Origin: the human T2T-CHM13v2.0 reference genome, Homo sapiens | NCBI RefSeq assembly: GCF_009914755.1 | Contig: NC_060933.1 | DNA length: 64,000 nucleotides | Direction: 5' to 3' (one strand) | Part shown: in pieces, positions 1-22,228 of the stretch | How the letters are laid out: each line of letters starts with the position of its first letter | Position numbering within the stretch: the stretch's first letter is position 1 | Made by a program: the position numbers and the translations under genes | The notes under the pieces: model-generated | The model's database searches: none | Seen by the model: only the letters and a program-made list of their open reading frames with translations | Told to the model about the DNA's origin: nothing

Positions 1-169
1 CAGAGCCTTGGATGGTAAACGACTGGGAAGCCAGTTAGGGTCATGGGAGGGAAAGAGAGGAGCAGAGGAGTGGGTCGTAGAAATAGCAGAAGTGGAAAAA
101 CTGGGAAAGTTTTGGTTGGCGATATCTTGATTTCTCCGTGAGGGGGACATCTAAATGGTGATGTTTTGT

Positions 170-490
170 CTTAACAGCTTTGTTGAAGTATAATTGACCT
201 AAAATAAACTGTAGATATGTAAAGCAGCAATCTGATAACTTTGACTTATCAATCAAGGTAGTGAAATATCCATCACCCCAAAAATTTCTTCTGCCTTTTT
301 GTAAGCCCCCTGTCCCCAAGCAATCACTGATCTGTCACTGGGGTATAGATTAGTTTTATAGAACTTCATATAACTGAATTATGCAGCACTCTTTTCTGTC
401 TTATATTCAGCATAATTACTTTGAGTTCATCCACATTGTTGCATGTATCATTTCTTTTCATTGCTCAGTTTTACTGTATAAATGGCAATA
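170..490 (-). mobile_element. Old L1 (L1M-type) 3' end fragment
   Basis: cagctttgttgaagtataattgac...ttcagcataattactttgagttcatccacattgttgcatgtatca resembles an antisense L1M 3' UTR. Confidence 0.7.
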
Positions 491-496
491 TTTTGA

Positions 497-791
497 TTTT
501 TTTTTTTTTTTTGCCGGGGGGAACGCAGTCTTGCTCTACCACCCAGGCTGGAGTGCAGTGGCACGATCTCAACCTCCACCTCCCGGGTTCAAGCAGTTCT
601 CCTGCCTCAGCCTCCGGAGTAGCTGGGATTATAGACACGCACCACCACGCCTGGCTGATTTTTGTATTTTTAGTAGAGATGGGGTTTCACCTTGTTGGCC
701 AGGCTGGTCTTGAACTCCTGACCTCAAGTGATCTGCCCACCTTGGCCTCCCAATATGTTGGGATTACAGGCGTGAGCCACTGTGCCTGGCC
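497..791 (-). mobile_element. Alu (S-like)
   Basis: Full antisense Alu; TSD caatattttg at 486 and 792. Confidence 0.95.
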
Positions 792-1161
792 AATATTTTG
801 GTCATTTGATGTCAGGAGTGGAATTCAGGGGATGTAACAGGGCATGGCCTGGGTCAGCACCCTTAGTCTGACTGAAGCTTCAAGGGTAGACAAGCTGTCT
901 AGCCGAAAGATTCAAGGCAGGGGGTGGAGGTAGGGGTTAGTGCAGAGGCAGAAGAGACAGGTGAAGAACAACTACCATTCTCTGTGAAAGCAGATTTCAG
1001 CCATCTCGAAAGGATAGTTGGTTTTATTTTCAGAGAGCTTTTTTGAAGGTCAGCAAATTTAGAGTTTAAGAAACATGTTTTGTTTTGTTTAATAAATTAC
1101 TTTTAATTAGCATGCTTTCTATGCCGGTGTCATCCTAAAACATACTATTATGTCTTTTTAG

Positions 1162-1218
1162 GCCATGGGAGAGAAATCCTTTTCTGTTCATAATAATGGT
1201 GGGGCAGTGTCATTTCAG
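1162..1218 (+). CDS. GPR107: GPR107 coding exon, luminal domain: AMGEKSFSVHNNGGAVSFQ
   Basis: tgtctttttag| acceptor; CAG|gtatgt donor; 57 nt, phase 0-0. Confidence 0.95.
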
Positions 1219-1678
1219 GTATGTATGCTCTTTGTGTAAAGCCTCCTAGAATTTCTCTCTACCATGTAAAAGGGTAATTTTTTTTTAGAGGAATTTTGAA
1301 TTTAGGAATAACAACTTAGGTATGCCCTGTATCAGTCACTTAAATGCAGTAGCTCTCCTTATAACAAGCCCACAAGGTGGATATTGTTACCCATCTACTT
1401 ATCAAATCAGAAGTCTCTGAGAGTGAATAACTTTGTGACTATCTAGTGTAGGTGACACGGTACAGTTTCCAACCCAGTCCTGCCTGGCTGTTCCCATGAC
1501 CCCTTTGCCCCAATCCCATGCTACCTCCCATTCAAAGTGTGCCAGAAGCATAGTACCCCATTCTGAAAGGACCATTGATGATGATTTACGGTGATGTTGT
1601 AATTTTAGAGATGATTTCACCTAGACTCAGAGGCTTTGAGTGACCTGCTTAGCTGTCAGAGTTATTAATTGCCCATGA

Positions 1679-2113
<435 letters not shown>

Positions 2114-2127
2114 TAAAAATAAAAAAT

Positions 2128-2570
2128 GGCAGGGCGTGGTGGCTCACGCCTGTTATCCCAGCACTTTGGAAGGCTGAGGTAGGCGGATTGCTTGAGCCCA
2201 GGAGTTTTGAGACCAGCCTGGGCAACATGGTGAAACATCTCTACAAAAAATACAAAAATTAGCCAGGCATGGTGGTAGATGCTTACAGTCCCAGCTACTA
2301 GGGAGGCTAAGGTGGGAGGATCACTTGAGCCCAGGAGTTCAAGACTATCCTGGGAAATGTGGTGAAACTTCATCTCTTAAAAAAAATTACAAAAAGTAGC
2401 CAGGTGTGATGGCATGTGCCTCTAGTCCCAGCTACTAGGGAGGCTGAGGCAGGAGGATTACTTGAGCCTGGGGGGTCAAGGTTCACACAGTGAACCTCGA
2501 TCATGCCACTGCACTGCAGCCTGGGTGACAGAGTGAGACCCTGTCTCAAAAAAAAAAAAAAAAAAAAAAA
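2128..2570 (+). mobile_element. Alu with duplicated arm (three-arm structure)
   Basis: Sense Alu motifs with two A-rich linkers and an A tail at 2547..2570. Confidence 0.9.
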
Positions 2571-2834
2571 GCCTACAGTGAAATGCACAGGTCGTGTCTT
2601 AAGTATACGGTTTGTTCAGTACTGACAAATGCATATATACCCATGTAATTCACTGTCTCAATATTTCTGTGTTTCCATCTTCTGCGAAAGCCCCTCTATC
2701 CCCATAAGCACTGTTCTGATTTCTTTTTCCATAGATCATTTTACCTGTTCAACAATGTTTGTATGTTCTTTAAGCTTAGTAACCATCATTTTCGTCGCCA
2801 TCCTTATTAATAGCTAACGGTTATTGAGAACTTG

Positions 2835-3300
2835 CAGGGTGCTCATTTGCTCAGAACCCTCCAACAGCTTTCCATCTGTCTTGGAGTAAAGCCCAGGTCT
2901 TCCCACTGGTCTGCAAGGCCCATGTGGTCTAGCCCCTGTTGTCTCTCTGATCTCAGCTCCTGTTGTTCACACTCTGCTCTCCCACACAAGCCGCCTTGCT
3001 TTTTCTCGGACAGATCAGGCTTTAGGCTCTGCTCTCGCTGTTCCCACAGGCAGGAATGCTGTCTCTCAGAATTCCGTAAGTCTTTGCTGAAATGTCACCT
3101 TCTCAACAAAGCTTCTCTTGTTTGTAGCTCACTCCTATTTCCCTCATTGTGCTCTGTCTTTCCTTAGTATTATCACTTCCAACATGCTGTATACTGTACT
3201 TAGTTATGTTTATTGCCTGTCTCCCCATCTACAGAAGATACCTTAAGGGCAGGGGTTTTCTGTCTCTTATTATTGATGTATATGAAACTCCTGATCTTGG
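2835..3300 (+). mobile_element. L2 3' fragment
   Basis: ctcagaaccctccaacagctttcca...aaatgtcaccttctc...tttattgcctgtctcccc...agggcagggg is typical of the L2 3' end. Confidence 0.75.
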
Positions 3301-3334
3301 CCTTGGGCCTATATTTATAGAGACTAATGAACCA

Positions 3335-3530
3335 ATACCAGGCATTGTGCTAAGTGCTTCTATGTCATTATCTCAGTTAATCCTCTAAACAACTCTGTGA
3401 AGTCGGTATTGTTATTTTTTCTCTTTTACCAATGAGAAACTGTGCTCAGAGAGGTAATGTAACCTGCCCTAAGCAGGGGATTCAGATCCACGTTTGTTTG
3501 ACTCCAAGGCCCATGTGTTTAACCACTTTG
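3335..3530 (-). mobile_element. MIR
   Basis: ccaggcattgtgctaagtgc...atgagaaactgtgctcagagagg...tgactccaaggccc is an antisense MIR core. Confidence 0.8.
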
Positions 3531-3632
3531 CCTTTTACTGCCTCCTTGAGAAAATACAAAAGGCACTTTTCTCTCTTCCTTCTCTCACTTTAAAATGCTT
3601 GTTAATAAAATGAGTTTTTAAAATGTTTTTCA

Positions 3633-3950
<318 letters not shown>

Positions 3951-4624
3951 TTAATCACAAAGGAAAGTGTTACAGGATGCACACGTGTCAGGCACCAGTA
4001 CTTTGTGTCAGGCGAACATCCAGGCACAGCAGTCTGCATGGTGATTAGCAGCACGTGCTGAAACAGCCCATCCGCAGGGTTCTTGGGATGCGTGGAGCAG
4101 GCAGTGCATGGGTAGCTTGCGTTTCTCTGGCTTTCCCCCACCTGGGAAAGAAGTCGTCATGATTTCTCGCTGTTCTACCCAGTGTCTCCCAGTCTTGGAT
4201 GGTGCAGTCCACTCTGAGCGCTTCTGCTTCATTCATGGCGTGGGGATAGTGGTTTATCTACCTAAATACAGGAAGGGGACTGTCAGGGCTTACTCCAACT
4301 CTAGAGTTGACATTTTTGTTTTGTTTTTTTCTCTAAGGGTCAGATGCCTACTCTGATCAACTATGATGATTCTATTGATTTTTTAAAAAAAATTATATCT
4401 TTTAAACTTTCATATCTTTTTTAGACTTCCCCTGAATCTTTTAAAATAGAAGTTGTCCATGTGTTTAGAAAAGTTTTCTTATTCTGGCTAGCTCAGGGGA
4501 TTAAAATACACATTCACATTCACCATTGAGTTTGGCACATGGTTTAACATATTAATCATTCCAGCTCATGTGTTCTTGGTCTTTTATTTTTATTTTTGTC
4601 AGATGTCTATTTTTCCCCGTTTTT

Positions 4625-4860
4625 TTAAATTGTGAGGTACAGTATACATGCAGAAGAGTGTGAAGCACTTATATTGAGTTTTAACAAGTAACTATGAACA
4701 GTCACCTTTATGATCCACCACCCAGGACAAGAAATAGAACAGTTCCAGCACCTGAGAAACCTTGTGTCTCCCTCGCAGTCCTTCCCAACTCTAGAGCAAC
4801 CCGTCATGAAAAATGCTACCGTAGTCACTTCCTAGCTTTTCTTTGTAGTTTAATAGGTAT
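4625..4860 (-). mobile_element. Old L1M fragment
   Basis: ttgtgaggtacagtatacatgcagaagagtg...ccaccacccaggacaagaaatagaacagttccagcacc. Confidence 0.6.
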
Positions 4861-5516
4861 ATATATGTAGCCCTAAAAATGTATTTCAGGGAGATTTCTT
4901 TTTATTGGTAGAACTTATGGCTGAAGTAAAATTTTCTTAGGCTTGACCAAGAAGTCATATTCTCTAAGTCTGTCTGTCTTTTGGTTTACATTAAACTTCA
5001 TTTAAACTCATGAAATGTATGAAAAACAGAAAACTGTCTAAATGTAGAAAATGTAGCCTTTATTATTCTTCTCTAAAACCATAGTTGTAAATTTTGATGA
5101 GGAAATATTGATTGGTTTTCAAGTATAAGATGAGCCTCCTTTTTAAAGAGTATTTTATACCTATAAAGAGCAAAATAATACGTTAGCTTGAAGACTAGAT
5201 AACCACATCTTAGGTTATCTTTGAAGACTTCCACAAAGACCATCACAAATGGCTAGATCTGTGATAAAACAGGCATAGTAAAATGTTCACTGTAGAAGTG
5301 AGGTTGTGGCTATGTATCTTTCACTATACAATTGTCAGCTGTTCTGTATGCTTGAAAATTGTTGTAACAAAATATCGGAAGGGAATCATAGAATAAGAAG
5401 ATATCTCTTTAAACTCTGCCGTGGGAGAGTCGATAATTTAAGCAGTCTGTCTTTATTTCCTTCAATCCATTAATATTCATAACTTATTTCTAAGGTTTAG
5501 AAATATAGCTGAGTAG

Positions 5517-5819
<303 letters not shown>

Positions 5820-5936
5820 TAAGAAAAGAATGTGGGCAGACACACATTCCTGCCACTGTGCAGGATACTTCAGCAGAGGATTCATAGGAAAATACAAAGC
5901 AATTTAGGATGTGTCTGCACTTTAACCTGTGCGTTA

Positions 5937-6242
<306 letters not shown>

Positions 6243-6272
6243 GTGGTTGTGTGGTTATTTGCTGGTACTCAC

Positions 6273-6936
<664 letters not shown>

Positions 6937-6968
6937 TGAATAAGGGACGATATGTTTCTGAAAAGTAA

Positions 6969-7127
<159 letters not shown>

Positions 7128-7364
7128 TAAACTATTTCTCCCTTCAACTTAAGAGTGTGTTGAGATTTGAATAATGTCACTGTTTGTTGGCTCCTGAACC
7201 TGGAGGCAGTTGTCACTTAGCAGTGTTGTTCCTTTCAAAGGGCATCTTCCCGGAAACAGTATGAAGATTGTGCGGGAGCATTATGGTGTGGGAGCCCTTT
7301 GCATGCCTTGGTGTCTGTTCACTTCCTGTTGTTTTGTTTAAAAAGCAAATCTAAATTATTATAA

Positions 7365-7662
<298 letters not shown>

Positions 7663-8415
7663 CCTAAATATTTTTAATGGTATGCAAGCAAAATAGACTG
7701 TATAAGCTAAGTGTTTCCATGGTGGAGATCCCACAGTCCAGGACTGAGAGTAAACACATGGGTCTCATTCAGGGGCTGTTGCTTCTGGAGAGGAAGTTAG
7801 TGACGATGAGCACTGCCTGGCGAGAGCATGGAGTTACTGCTTAGAACTGAAGGTCTTGGCTCAAAGCTGCACTGGGATAGATTCTCTGCATTGACTTCCA
7901 GATACTTGTCACTGGACAAAACCTCTTCAAAGCCCATCTGCCTGGCTTTTAGCCTTTTTTTTCTGAAACCCCCGAGGCTTTAACTTCCTGTACTTGGTTC
8001 TTGAGGGGAGCAGCTGCATATGCGTGAATTCTTTCTCCCTCCAAGAAAATTGAAAACAAAATATTAATATTCATTTAGAGAATCGTGTAAAGTATTTATT
8101 ATAAGGCTCATAAACTGAGTAAATGATAGTATGCGAATATGCTATTATAATATGGATTGATTTAAATTCATAGAATAATTAAGCACCCTGAAATACCTCT
8201 TTCTCTGGAGCATTGGGGTGGAAATTGAGACTTTTTAAGTCCTTGGTAGCTTGATTGTCTTCTAATGAACATGCTCGGAGTCTGGTATATTAGACTCTGG
8301 CTGGGTTCAGTTGCTGGTACCTATTTGTTGTGATATCCTGTACACCCACCAGATAGAAAGAGTTTCTTGTTTACTTGGGAAGGAGCTACATAATCATGTT
8401 TGGACTAGATTTTCA

Positions 8416-12927
<4,512 letters not shown>

Positions 12928-13471
12928 TCATAATAGTCTTAATATGTTCTATTAGGTTAATTCCTAAGGGGAGGTGGGAAGGAGTAGAGGAATTTAATGC
13001 CCGGCAGCCGAAAGGTGGACTAGTATCTGTGATGGGGTGGGCATGGGAATGGGTGCTTTGTCTCATTGGCCTGGGGTATTTGCAGACACCAGCCATGAAG
13101 GAGAGAGAAATGGGCATGACCCTGGCACTTTCTCCTCACACATCCCTACTGCTGGCTCCCAGTCCCCCTACTCTGGGCTGCAGACTTCCCCTACAGCTAT
13201 TTGTAATCGCTTTCTGCTTTCCTAGGAGTTCTGTGCTGTTTTCTCAGGTCCATCTACCTCATTCTTGCCTCTGGCTTTCCCAGGGTGGTTTCCGGGAACA
13301 AGCTGGCAGCCTGTGTTAGATTTCCATTTACTCAAGAGTTGGAATCCATCATGTCTAGCTTTGGTGCATAACTCTCAGGTTCATTCACAACATTAAATTG
13401 TGTATTAGAGATTACTTTAGGACTCCATTCAAGGCCTTTTTTACCAGCAAAACGTACTTTATAAAAAAAGT

Positions 13472-14073
13472 GGCTGGGTGTGGCGGCTCACCCCTGTAAT
13501 CCCAGCACTTTGGGAGGCAGAGGCGGGTGGATTACTTGAAGTTACAAGTTCAAGATCAGCCTGGCCAATGTGGTGAAACCCTGTCTCTACTAAAAATACA
13601 AAAATTAGCCAGACATCTTGGCGCACGCTGTAATCCCGGCTACTCAGGAGGTTGAGGCGGTGGGGGGGCATCACTTGATCCCGGGAGGTGGAGTTAGCGG
13701 GGAGCCAAGTTTGTGCCACTGCACTCCAGCCTGGGTGACAGAATGATACTCTTGTCTCAAAAAAAAAAAGTTTTAGCTGGGTACAGTGGCTCATGCCTGT
13801 AATATCAACACTTTGAGAGGCCGAAGTGGGTGGATTGCTTGGCCAGGGGTTCAAGACCAGCCTGGGAAACTTAGCAAAACCCTTTCTGTATAAAAAATAC
13901 AAAACAAATTAGTTGGGCATGGTGGCATACACCTAAAGCCATCCTCCCACCTCAGCTTCCTGAGAGCTGCTTGATCGCTTGAGCCTGAGTTCAAGGCTGC
14001 AGTGAGCCGTGATGACACCACTGTCCTCTAGCCTGGGCGACAGAATAAGACCCTGTCTCAAAAAAAAAAAAAA
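13472..14073 (+). mobile_element. Two tandem sense Alus
   Basis: 13472..13769 and ~13776..14073, each with an A tail. Confidence 0.93.
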
Positions 14074-14178
14074 GTTTCATGTTTGTGGTTTGCACAGATT
14101 ATATTTCCTGTCTCCTTATAAATATAGCTAATGTCTGGAGCTTTGGCTGTCCTTTGGGAGAATGGAATCTTCCTTTAA

Positions 14179-14361
<183 letters not shown>

Positions 14362-14442
14362 TAGATTGGTGGGAAACAAAGACAAAGAATACATTTCTCA
14401 TAAAGCCTCCTCTTGTCTGGGAGGGCCTGGCCATGCGGGTAA

Positions 14443-14909
<467 letters not shown>

Positions 14910-15344
14910 CTCCACGACTTTTTTATGTTTCCAGATATTCCCTCATGTTCCTATGTGATTTGAAGTTCAATTCAGTATTAGCATATTTATCTGAGAGAAA
15001 ATTGATGCTATAAAGCTGGAGGCATGAGAATTGAGCCTCAGCTTTGTATATTTGGAACTTATGCAAATTAAAATGAACTTGCCCAAGGGGGTAAGATCAC
15101 AACTTCTCCTGTCTGTGGGCCTCCAAGTGCCCGTGGAGCACACTTGCAAGGATGACAGTCTCTAGACATGTACTCTTTGCTGTACTTGAAAGTGGCCTCC
15201 TTGGAAAAGGCAATAATATATCCAGTGGCAGCGTCACCAAATGACAATGATTTGGATAATTTCCCATCTGGGTCCAAGTTAAAAGATTCTTTGTGGAGCC
15301 ATGTAGATAATGAGTGATTCTGAAATGCAGTTGTTTGATTTCAG

Positions 15345-15418
15345 ATTGACTACCACTACATCTCCTCCCAGGGCTTCCCTATCGAAGGCTGGGCTGTTGT
15401 GTACTACATAACTCACCT
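15345..15418 (+). CDS. GPR107: GPR107 coding exon: IDYHYISSQGFPIEGWAVVYYITH(L)
   Basis: tttgatttcag| acceptor; CCT|gtaagt donor; 74 nt, phase 0-2. Confidence 0.96.
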
Positions 15419-15774
15419 GTAAGTATGCAGGTCCATGTGAAATACACCATGAAATGACATACAAGACAAGGGGGGTGGGCAACAACCTGCCCCAAGTTAA
15501 CCAGCCCTGCCCTCCTGTGGCAGCCTGTCTGGGCCCCTGCCATACCAGAGGAGTGTAGCTCATGGGTGGCTGTCCAGACTTGGGAAGTCGGGCTCAGTGG
15601 CATACTCCTGCCTCTCTGCGGCCATTGGCTGTCCAGGCTGTGGGGTGCAGAGCTAACTGTGTGCCCTGAAGGAAGTGGTGCTCATGTATGATGGATTTCC
15701 TAAATTTGGCTGCCCGTCTTTTGTAAGAAGCTTGTGAACTCATAGAATGAGCTATGCAATCTAACTGGCAGTGA

Positions 15775-16068
<294 letters not shown>

Positions 16069-17527
16069 TGAGATTCTCTTTCTGAATTCTGAACAGACTT
16101 CAGGTCATTGCACTGGGAGATGCTTGGGCATCAGTCAGCCACTGGCCTTTGGGGGCCTAGATTTTGAGTAGAGAGCTGCTGACAGTGACAGGGAGACACA
16201 CAGTAACACACAGTACTGTTTTCTCTTCTGCATCATTTGCTTCATAACTAAATGGTGCCCTTGGCGAGGAAGCTCAGAGATGTAGTGATTTTATTAACAA
16301 AGTATTTTAAAACCGTGAACTACACCAGTGAGTTTCCACAGGTAGAATATGGTAGTAGACGTGAGGGGCAAACATTTCCTAAATCCTTACCATGTTTGGG
16401 GCCGAGGGCCAAGGCCAGCCTTACAAGGCTGTGAGTCTTTTGCGGGAGGAGCCTTGTCTTACTGGAAGCAGAACTTGGATGTAAAGAACTTACAATGAAC
16501 AGAGAGGTTTTAGCAGGGATGCACAGCTACCCTGCTCTGCTTGACCAGACAGCGTCTGTTTGACAGAGTTGTCCCTGTGAACTTTTCTCACATTTTGGAG
16601 CACAAAGTAAATGTGGAAGGTTGGGGGTGGAAGGGGACAACTCCTGAGGCACCCAGATCAGCCGTCCCAACTCTGGCAGAGTTTGCAGCAGAGCTCCTCT
16701 CGGAGTTCTAACAGACCTCATCCACCCTTACGTTCAATAATGAGGAACGTGTGTTGACATCAAATGAATGGGACAGGCCAGTTGCTCTGTGTTTCCAAGG
16801 AGAGAGTAAGCACTCAAGTTGGAAGGATCAAGGAGGGCTTTGTGACAGAGATAGGGCTGGCCTGGGTGTTGAAGGAAAGGAATGTGACAGAGGCAGTGGC
16901 ATAGCAGTAAATACACATGACCCTGCTGTCTGCTAAGCAAAACATGCTGAGGGACTGTGCCGGTCTTCCGGCTGTCGAGCCACCGTGGTCACTTCTTCAG
17001 CCAGACTGAGTCCTACAGCCTGCCGAGGTCTCGGAGTTGTGAATGACGGAGACTGGGTTGTCACCCGGCTGCGTGTGCCTCTTCCCTTTAGTAGAGTCCC
17101 TCATCCCTCTAGAGTCTCCCCCCACCAGCCTGAACCAGGCTGTCATGGGGCATAGCCTTCCAGGAAGCCCGTCCTGGGCTTCCCTGAAAGACAGACACAC
17201 AGAGTTCCATGGAATGTCAGTCTGAGAAGATAAGGACATTTAACAAATTAAGAAAGTCATGAGTATTTAGACAATAGAACTAGTCTGGGAGGGCCTTAAA
17301 TGTCAGCCTGAAAAGTTAAAACTGCTTCCTTTTGGCCATGGGCAGTGACAGAAAGTTTCTAAGTAAGGAGTAGATGATGTCCCTGCAAAATGGTGTTTCA
17401 GGAACACTCTTGGCACGTTGTTCAACACTGGGAACATTCTGTCTCTCATGCAGTGTGTGAATTAAGGACAAAATGGAATTTTGAATTTAAGATGTGAAAG
17501 CCTTTGTTTTCTACTTTGTCCTCTTAC

Positions 17528-17817
17528 TTTTAGACAGGGTCTCACTCTGTCGCCCGGGCTGGAGTACAGTGGTGATCATGGCTCACTGCAGCCCTAAACT
17601 CCTGGGCTCAGGCGATCCTCCTGCCTCAGTCTCCCGAGTAGCTGAGACCACAGGCGTACACCATCACACCTGACTAATTTTTAATTTTTTTTTTTAATTA
17701 GAGGCCGTGTCTCACTATTTTGCCCAGGCTGGTGTCAAACTCCTGGGCTCAAGCAATCCTTCTGCCTTGGCTCCCCAAATTTCTGGGATTATGGGTATGA
17801 GCCACCGCACCCAGCCC
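17528..17817 (-). mobile_element. AluJ-like
   Basis: Antisense Alu motifs. Confidence 0.9.
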
Positions 17818-18522
17818 TACTTTGTCTTTTTAGATGGAGCCACAGATGCTAGTGTTTTGGATAGACAGGGCTTCACGAGCAGTGTGGGACAGGGAAGGAC
17901 CCAGAAGCTGGGGGTCATTGGAGAGGCTGAAATTTCAGATAATTTTTGCATTAGTTTTAAATGAAATTTCGGATAATTTGATTCTAAGTCCTGTATAGAA
18001 AGAGAAATTAAACTTAGAGACTTCCTAAATAATAGCACTACAGATTTTACATGCAAAGTGTGGAGGATTACCTTTTACAGCAAGTCAGGCAGAGATTTGG
18101 GACCAGGGACTTCTCATGGGGTATATAGGTGGAATGATAACCTCTGCATCCATTCCCAGTGGTAATCTTCAAAAGGATGTATTATAAGTGGTAAATTTCC
18201 CTTATGCTCTGTGGCATCTCAGTTTAGCCAGTGGAAAGACTTTTTATAAAGACTTATGCTAAGAGCCTAATAATAACGGGCCTGAGTACAGAGCTTAATA
18301 GTGGGCCTGAGTATATGAGGCTGTAGGGCTGGAATCAGCCATGCTCACCCTCTGGTCTCTGAAAACACAGTTCCATTGTCTGGCACTTAGATGAGTTATT
18401 GTCACTGAGCACCATGGCCTGAAAAGTATGGGCATTGTGGCTAAATAGGGTGTTAAGTGCCACCTATCCAGCAGTCCAGCACCTGAGTGACTCCACTGGG
18501 TTTGGGGTACCTGAAAAGCAAA

Positions 18523-19045
18523 GTGTCCCTGTTATCTACTGCTGCATAACAAATCACCCCAAAACTCAGCGACTTAAAACGACAATAACCCGTCATTCTC
18601 TCTCTCAGTTTCTGTGGGTTAGGAATTCAAGAGTGGCTAGCTGGGTAGGTCTGACTTGGGTCTTGTGGTCATAGTCACACCATGGCTGGGAGCATCTTGA
18701 AGTCTCCACTCGCATCTGTCTTCTGGGCTGAGAAGCTTGCTCAGGTGGGGACTGGGACAGCCGGGGCTCCTGGGGGGGCCTTTCCATCTCTGCATGGTCT
18801 GTACAGCAGGGTAGTTTCAGGGTAGCCAGACTTCTTACAAGAAGGCTTAGGGCTCCAAAGGTCCCAAGAGAGCTGGGTGGAAGCTTTATCTACCTTGGAA
18901 ATCACACAGCAGTACTTCCATCTTACTGTATTAGAGCAATTACGGCCTGTGCAGATTCAGGGGGGTGGCATAGAGACTCTCCTTGATAGCGGAGTGGCAG
19001 AGTTCTGGAAGAGCACGTGGGACTGGAAAGAATGCTGTGGTCGCA
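18523..19045 (-). mobile_element. MLT1 (ERVL-MaLR) solo LTR
   Basis: gttatctactgctgcataacaaatcaccccaaaactcagcgacttaaaac...tctgtgggttaggaattc...ggtagccagacttcttac are MLT1 motifs. Confidence 0.8.
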
Positions 19046-19148
19046 GATCGTGGGTCTGGAGGCCAAGGTGTACACCCCACATTGGGGCTGCTAGCATCAT
19101 AACAGTCCACCCATGCTTTGGGGCCTCAGCAACTTCTCATGTCTGTAG

Positions 19149-19280
<132 letters not shown>

Positions 19281-19848
19281 TGAGTAGCTCACAGGGAGAG
19301 AGGCCACATGACAGCTTGGCTGTCAAGCCCAACAGCTGAACTGGCCATTCCCAAATTGATCTCAGTCACATGGGACGTGTGTTTAAAAGTACAGCTTTCT
19401 GAGTCCCAGACTGACCTGAATCAGCCTCCAGGGGCAGAACCCTGTGTCTTTTTCCAGTTACTCGGGGTATTCTGGCAGAGCTAATCCGTCACCATGAGCT
19501 GGCATTTAACAGAGTTCTAAGACAATAGAGAGGAATTGGGAAATGAGAACTTGGTAGTAACTTAAAGTAGCAGCCTGAATTTGTGGTGGTGGTAGGGAGT
19601 TGGAGAAATCCCATAAACAGCCAGTTCTTGCCAACTTAGGTGGAAAATGAGGAAGTTCATTAACATAAAACTAGTGATAGTTCTCAGCACACAAACATTT
19701 TTGATGTTTTCAGAATGGATTGCTCCATTCCTGGAAATGGCAGTGTTTAGATGCACAGATTGTGCATTGGGTCTGTGTAAAGAAGTGTTAGTGTCAAGTC
19801 AGTGGTTGATGAGAAAATATCCTTATTAAATCACATGCAGAGTGGTAG

Positions 19849-20285
<437 letters not shown>

Positions 20286-20504
20286 GAGGTGCTTCTTATT
20301 GCAATGCCCCATCCAGTAAATTAATATTTTTGAGGATCCTGGGGTTTGTCAGTTACTCTCATTATTTATAACATGGTGCAAATGGAGAGTACTTCTCATT
20401 CCAGCCAGTTAGATTCACTCTTCACCCTCATTCCATCATACATCACACATGATCTCGTATCAGTTCAGCAGACAGCTACCAGCATAGAAGAGAGTATGAA
20501 TGAT

Positions 20505-20687
20505 GCTCCCACCTCAGCCTCCTGGGTAGCTGGGACCACAGGCACACACTACCATACCCAGCCAATTTTTTGTAGACAGGGTTTTGCCATGTTGCCCAGG
20601 CTGGTCTCAAACTCCTGGGTTCAAGTGATCTTCCCACCTCAGCCTCCCAAAGTGCTGGGATTATAGGCATGAGCCACCGCACCCAGT
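20505..20687 (-). mobile_element. Alu lacking its 3' end and tail
   Basis: Starts abruptly at ctcccacctcagcc; flanked by a ga(g/a)tatgaatga repeat. Confidence 0.85.
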
Positions 20688-21045
20688 GGAATATGAATGA
20701 CTCTTCCTCCTCACTGCAGCCTCCTGCCGTCCTGCACAGGAATTAGTCACTCGGGTATCTAACATAGGATGTCCAGCATTGTTTCCAGATCGAAAAGAGC
20801 ACCTCATTAGGGAACAGAGGTTCACACCCTACTTTTACACATGCCACTATCAGAATAGTCAAATATAAGGAACCCCAACAAGCTGTCGAGGTGTAAGCAG
20901 CCATTTCCTGCCCCTTGTTAATTACAACACTAATGAGCAGATTCCAAATGGCAAAATTCCTTAAGGTAAATATCCTAAAAATTACTGTAAAATGAAAAAA
21001 GTCAGTAAGTACTGGAGAGGTGATTCAAGATTAATAATATTTTTA

Positions 21046-21591
<546 letters not shown>

Positions 21592-22228
21592 TCAGCCCTC
21601 AGGGAAGTCTCTCTGTTGGTGGCTTTTCATGGTGCCTCCACCTCTCACCTGCGGCTCCTGTAATAATGTTAATGTTCCTCTGCCTGAAATGTAATGATGG
21701 TCATTAGGTACCAGCACATCACAGCCCCAGACAGTGTCCCTGGAGGCTGGCATTTTTCAGCAGTGTTAAAAATCTCCACTCGATAAGTTTGCATGGTACT
21801 GTATGTTCACAGCTCTTAGACCTAGACTCTAGAAGTCAGCTGGTGACTTTCTTCTAGGGTTTATTCTCTCCTGGTGGCAGGTGAGCCCAGTGATGCTCCA
21901 TTGTCATGGGAGTGTTGGGTAGGGGGTGGTTGTGGGAGTGAGAGATTAACAGGAGCATTAAATGATGGAGTTTTGTTTTCTCCTCACGCTCTGGTCCCTG
22001 CTAGACTTATTGCCACAGATTTGGCCAGCAGAGGGCGACTTTACCTCAGACGTGTTGATATCAACCATTTCCCCCCCTCTACCCGTTTTAGGGAGAGTGC
22101 TCTAAAGTGATGTAGTCCAACCTTTCAGCATGTAATTGAGAAATTCAGCCTCAAGTTACTAGAGCTGGAAATAGAGAGGAGTGCAGATTTGTCAGCTAAC
22201 TTTTTGTTCTCTAAATGTTTATTTTTAG

